Below, piece after piece: positions 60,217 through 64,000 of a stretch of DNA of 64,000 nucleotides. Within the stretch, counting starts at the first letter, position 1, and each line of letters begins with the position of its first letter. The notes under the pieces were generated by a model. The model was given only the letters and a program-made list of their open reading frames with translations. It had not been told where the DNA came from and did not search any database. A program made the position numbers and the translations under genes. This DNA comes from Monocercomonoides exilis PA203 (Eukaryota; Protista; Preaxostyla). The stretch covers positions 124,001 to 188,000 of the forward strand of contig LSRY02000026.1 in NCBI GenBank assembly GCA_001643675.2. Reading direction: 5' to 3'.

Positions 60217-60960
60217 TTGCATTTCGTTGCTTTGGATATATTGTACGGAAAATTTAAGTGTATTTTGATTTTTCAGATTTCATTTTTCTTTTTATCAGAA
60301 AGTCCAGAAAGAACTGACATTTATGAAACGATAGAAGTAATTTTCTTTCATCAGGAGCATCACAATCTGATGCAACTTGTATATCAGTGTGCTTGGTGCT
60401 TTTTGATCAACAGATTGGGCAGTGGCAAAAGCTTAGAGAGAGAGATTGAAAATGAACTTCATTTACCAAGAAAGGAAAAAAGAGTTGTAAGTGATGATAG
60501 TGCATGTTGATGGAAGAGAGGAAAAGAAGAGGAAAGAGAAAAAGAAACGAAAGAGAAGCTTCTTTTTATTCTATGACTTGCAACAGTTGACAATAACCTA
60601 TCAACTTGTCAATTGTGGAAAGAAGAATTTCTTGTGCTTTAAAATGGTATTGCAAAGGTGTTTCGAGCAATAAAGAATAATAATATAGATATTTGTGAGC
60701 AACATATTAATTTGAAGAAGCTGCGAGCAATGAATACGCCGCATCTGCGGTGTTTCTGAAAGGTGGGACAATTGATGAACTTTTGAGGTGATTTCATCGG
60801 CAAATCACCTCTTGTAATTGTCACATCAATGCTTTCATTTCTTAATGAATGTTTCAAAAAGATTAAAAGAAGAGGAGAAAAATGAATCGAAAGAAACGAA
60901 ACGAAAAGAGTTGAAAAGGAAAATGATTTAAAAGATGGAAGAAAAATGATTTGAAGATAT
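60217..60960 (+). pseudogene. Decayed member of the expanded helical hypothetical-protein family
   Basis: HQEHHNLMQLVYQCAWCFLINRL...ENELHL matches HRDHHNLTHLGCLSAWEIVISRF...VNRMHF of 45514-46293. Frameshifts follow downstream. Confidence 0.7.
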
Positions 60961-61130
60961 CATTTTAAGCTAAAATGGAACAATTTCTTATGCGAATGAA
61001 AAATATAATAATAACATATCATTTGATTTTTCCAATCATTTCATGATAATCTAATCAAATTCATCATTTCGTTACTCAAAAATACTTCGTTTTTGTTTCA
61101 TTAGTTTTGCAAATCAACAACACTTTTGAT

Positions 61131-61174
61131 TAAACCTGTCTGACGTGTCGTAAAAAAAAATTTCTCGTCCGTCA
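61131..61174 (-). repeat. Degenerate solo hAT family-A terminus
   Basis: TAAACCTGTCTGACGTGTC...CTCGTCCGTCA resembles the reverse complement of 18611-18651. Confidence 0.65.
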
Positions 61175-63346
61175 GTAATTTTCCAGTGTTATTTTAATGG
61201 TAATAGTCGATGAGATCTACACCCTAAAAAATCGTCAAGTCAACTTAATATTTGAATAAAATAACTTGTTGAGCTAATAGAAGTTTATTGACAAACTTTT
61301 AACATAGTTAAACTTTCATGTTTTTGAACCTAAAAACGAGGAATTATATATAAATAAGGGAATTATGATCATTAACATTACCATTAAAGAATACGATTTG
61401 TTAAAAAAAAGGAATTCACAATTTATTTTGCGGTTTTCACATTGAAGAAACATGATGAATATGATTGCAAGTTCCAAGTATATGGACCATCCATTAAAAA
61501 TATTTCTTTCATCGTGCACGGAAGAAAATGCTTTTATAATTAATTTAAAATTTGCTATTTCTGTCGAAAATGCTTTATTATAAACTTTCAATTACGAATT
61601 TTGATCAATCCCATTAATATTTTCAAACCATCTTTGTTTTTTGTTCTTTGATTTTTTTTAAATCTGCGCATTTTATATTTTCACATGATAATTTTTGTCG
61701 TTGCAATATTTTGAGAAATACAAATAAGTAACTTTTTCACATTTTGCAATATTTTTTTGCAAAGATAGTTGCACAATTGAGTTTTCTCTTTCGCACAGGT
61801 TCTTTGAGCACAAAGGAATGCTCCAACTTCAAAAATTAGTGAAAAATTATAAACGGCAAAAAGCGCACAGTTTAGTGTTAATTGAATTATTGATTGAAAT
61901 GAAAAAGGCAACATCAATATTAACATTGTATTCTTAGATGATGTCGAAGCTCAGTTTTATTTTGAGGCCAAAATCTTTCACAAAATTACATCTATGAAAT
62001 TGATGAATAACTTGTTTGTTATTTTAATTACGAATACCGAAAAAATATTTAAAAAAAAAGAAAGAGATTCATTAACAGCAGTTTATCAGCTGAACGCCTC
62101 TTCATTCTGCAGCTATATCAGCTGAGCATCAAATCTGTGCTTTATGATGTTCCCTCTTTGGAGCAGCTTCGAAATCGATGTTGTTGGATGCACCTTACAA
62201 AAACTTGACACAGAGTGATGCAAAAAGGGAGGATCGATATCTTTTGAGAAGAAAGAATAAGATGGACAGCTGAAGATGAGGAATGAAAGAGCAACGAACA
62301 GTATCTACGGAAGCTCTGAATGATGCGACGGAGAAATCAATTAGATGTGTGTTTCTGACAATAATTATAGACATTCCTTGACAGTAAAAAGTGTTTTAAC
62401 AAACAAAGAATACAAAAGAAGAAAAATGTTTATTTCAGCGAATGATCTGGGATATGGTGTGAATTTTTATTTGTTTGCGTTTGTTTGACTTTCAAAGGAA
62501 AAGGAGGGTTTTTGCATCAAAGCTATCGCAATTCGATAGATGCATTTTTTGGCATAGGTCTAAATTGTACCAGTTGCGAATTTCACTGTTTTCAACATAA
62601 TTTTGCAATATTATTGATTGTTATAATTTATTATCTCTGTTTTATCTCAAAAATTCAAAAAACAATAGTATTAAATTCTAAAATAAAAAATACAAAAATT
62701 TTGATCGATAACCCATAAATTAAAAATTATTGTGATCATACCCATTTTAAAGAAGACAAAATATTTTATTTCAAATTTTTTCATTGATGTGATCGTTTTC
62801 ACTAATCAAACCTTCTGAGAATGTGTTTTATATATGTTCTAACGTGTGTATTGTTCTTTTTTTCCTTTTGTTTTTATGGAATTGAAGTTTAGAATAAAGC
62901 TAAACAAATATCCAGCGATTACAATATACATAAATTTTGAAATCAGATCAAAGCAAATAGATGAGTTACATTTTGCCACTCGCTCATACAAAATAGCTGG
63001 AAAAATGGAGAGCTTCATTTTTATCGATTTGTGAAATGATGAGTTATTAAGCCATCAGCATGTTTCACCTAGCATCATGAATTATTGGAATAAAACTTCA
63101 TTCGATTTATAACTTCTACGCGAATATTGATGTTCTAAGAATTATGCATTTATTACAACCTTAATCATCAGAACAAGAGACTGGAATGATAAAAAGATAA
63201 ACAACAGATTTTAGAGGCGTATCATTGTAAATTCTTGAACAAAGAATAAATTGGCAGGAAGTCATTGATTGGAGTGGATCTCTTTTGAACAAAAGCTTAT
63301 TGAAATAACTACGAGAGCTTCTTCAGAAAATGAGATATCGTTTTCA

Positions 63347-64000
63347 ATGTGTGTGGTGCAGCTGTCACTGTTGTCGATGGTTGATGTCAAGATCAAAAAT
63401 TTGAATGTTACAAAATCATTGTTCTCTGAGCCGAATCAATCTCTTTCTTCTTCTTCTTCTTCTTCATTGTCGTCATCTGCACTGTATCTGACAGCCACAG
63501 CATCAGGAGATAGCGTGCTGGCAAATGTGAAAGTGACGAATGTGAAGTTGACAGAAGGAGATGGGGTGGTTGTGGCAAAGAGTGTGGCAGAAGGGGAGAC
63601 ATTTGTGGTCAAGAATGTGACAATCGAGGATTGTGAGTGCCAGGCTGGAAGTGGTGGTGGGATCAAGGTCGAGTTGGAATCATCAAGCAAGCTGCGGGTG
63701 GGGACTTCATCAGCTCCAGGAAGTGAAACAACAAAATTCAACAGATGCAATTGCAGTGGAAATGGTGGCGGGATAATGTTGCATCTGGAAGATGGCTCGC
63801 ACGACTTCTTGATCTTGTCTATGGACTTTACAGGCTGCACATCTTCATTGGAAGGGAAATTTCTGTTTGTGAATGGGAAAGATTCTAAGAAACGGTGCAT
63901 CTCCTCTTCAAAGTTTGATGTTCCGCGAAACACATCAGCATTCAACGAGCTGGAGGGATTCGATCGGAGTGATGAAGATATGAAGAAATTCCCGCTGAAT
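63347..64000 (+). CDS. Partial beta-helix surface-protein gene of the same family as 22708-29200; runs off the window end and appears 5'-truncated
   Basis: Open frame absent from the ORF track: GSGGGIKVELE...CSGNGGGIMLHLEDGSHDF...FLFVNG...NELEGFDRSD...FPLN. It matches MMHLADGSHEF...YVFVNG...DELVGYDRSD...FPLN at 28950-29185. Confidence 0.75.
   Translation, partial: MCVVQLSLLSMVDVKIKNLNVTKSLFSEPNQSLSSSSSSSLSSSALYLTATASGDSVLANVKVTNVKLTEGDGVVVAKSVAEGETFVVKNVTIEDCECQAGSGGGIKVELESSSKLRVGTSSAPGSETTKFNRCNCSGNGGGIMLHLEDGSHDFLILSMDFTGCTSSLEGKFLFVNGKDSKKRCISSSKFDVPRNTSAFNELEGFDRSDEDMKKFPLN

Overview
AT-rich eukaryotic DNA with short GT-AG introns and the standard genetic code. The gene families resemble those of the oxymonad Monocercomonoides (my recognition, not a database result). 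Bases 1-9.3 kb hold ordinary host genes: a DNAAF1/ODA7-like LRR gene, TTC5, a long low-complexity coiled-coil protein and a PPPDE/DeSI peptidase. The rest is a transposon-rich accessory region. It contains a 491-bp Merlin-type MITE with an 8-bp TSD and a central telomere-repeat palindrome, and two hAT transposase pseudogenes, the first apparently bracketed with a decayed IQCH gene by perfect 19-bp TIRs. There are two Merlin/ISXO2 transposases, one with TIRs and a perfect TSD inside a host gene's last codons. There are three DIRS-type tyrosine-recombinase retroelements: one with ITRs plus an internal complementary region (ICR), and two of a compact subfamily with short ITRs and no visible ICR. 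Also present are a ~263-bp apparently perfect inverted repeat, beta-helix receptor/pseudokinase pseudogenes, and a head-to-head pair of near-identical ~1245-aa surface-protein genes. The pair differs only in patches and flanks an asymmetric 1.8-kb spacer, which makes it the best candidate for an undescribed inversion/gene-conversion surface-variation system. All comparisons were made by eye, and exon and element boundaries are approximate unless stated otherwise.
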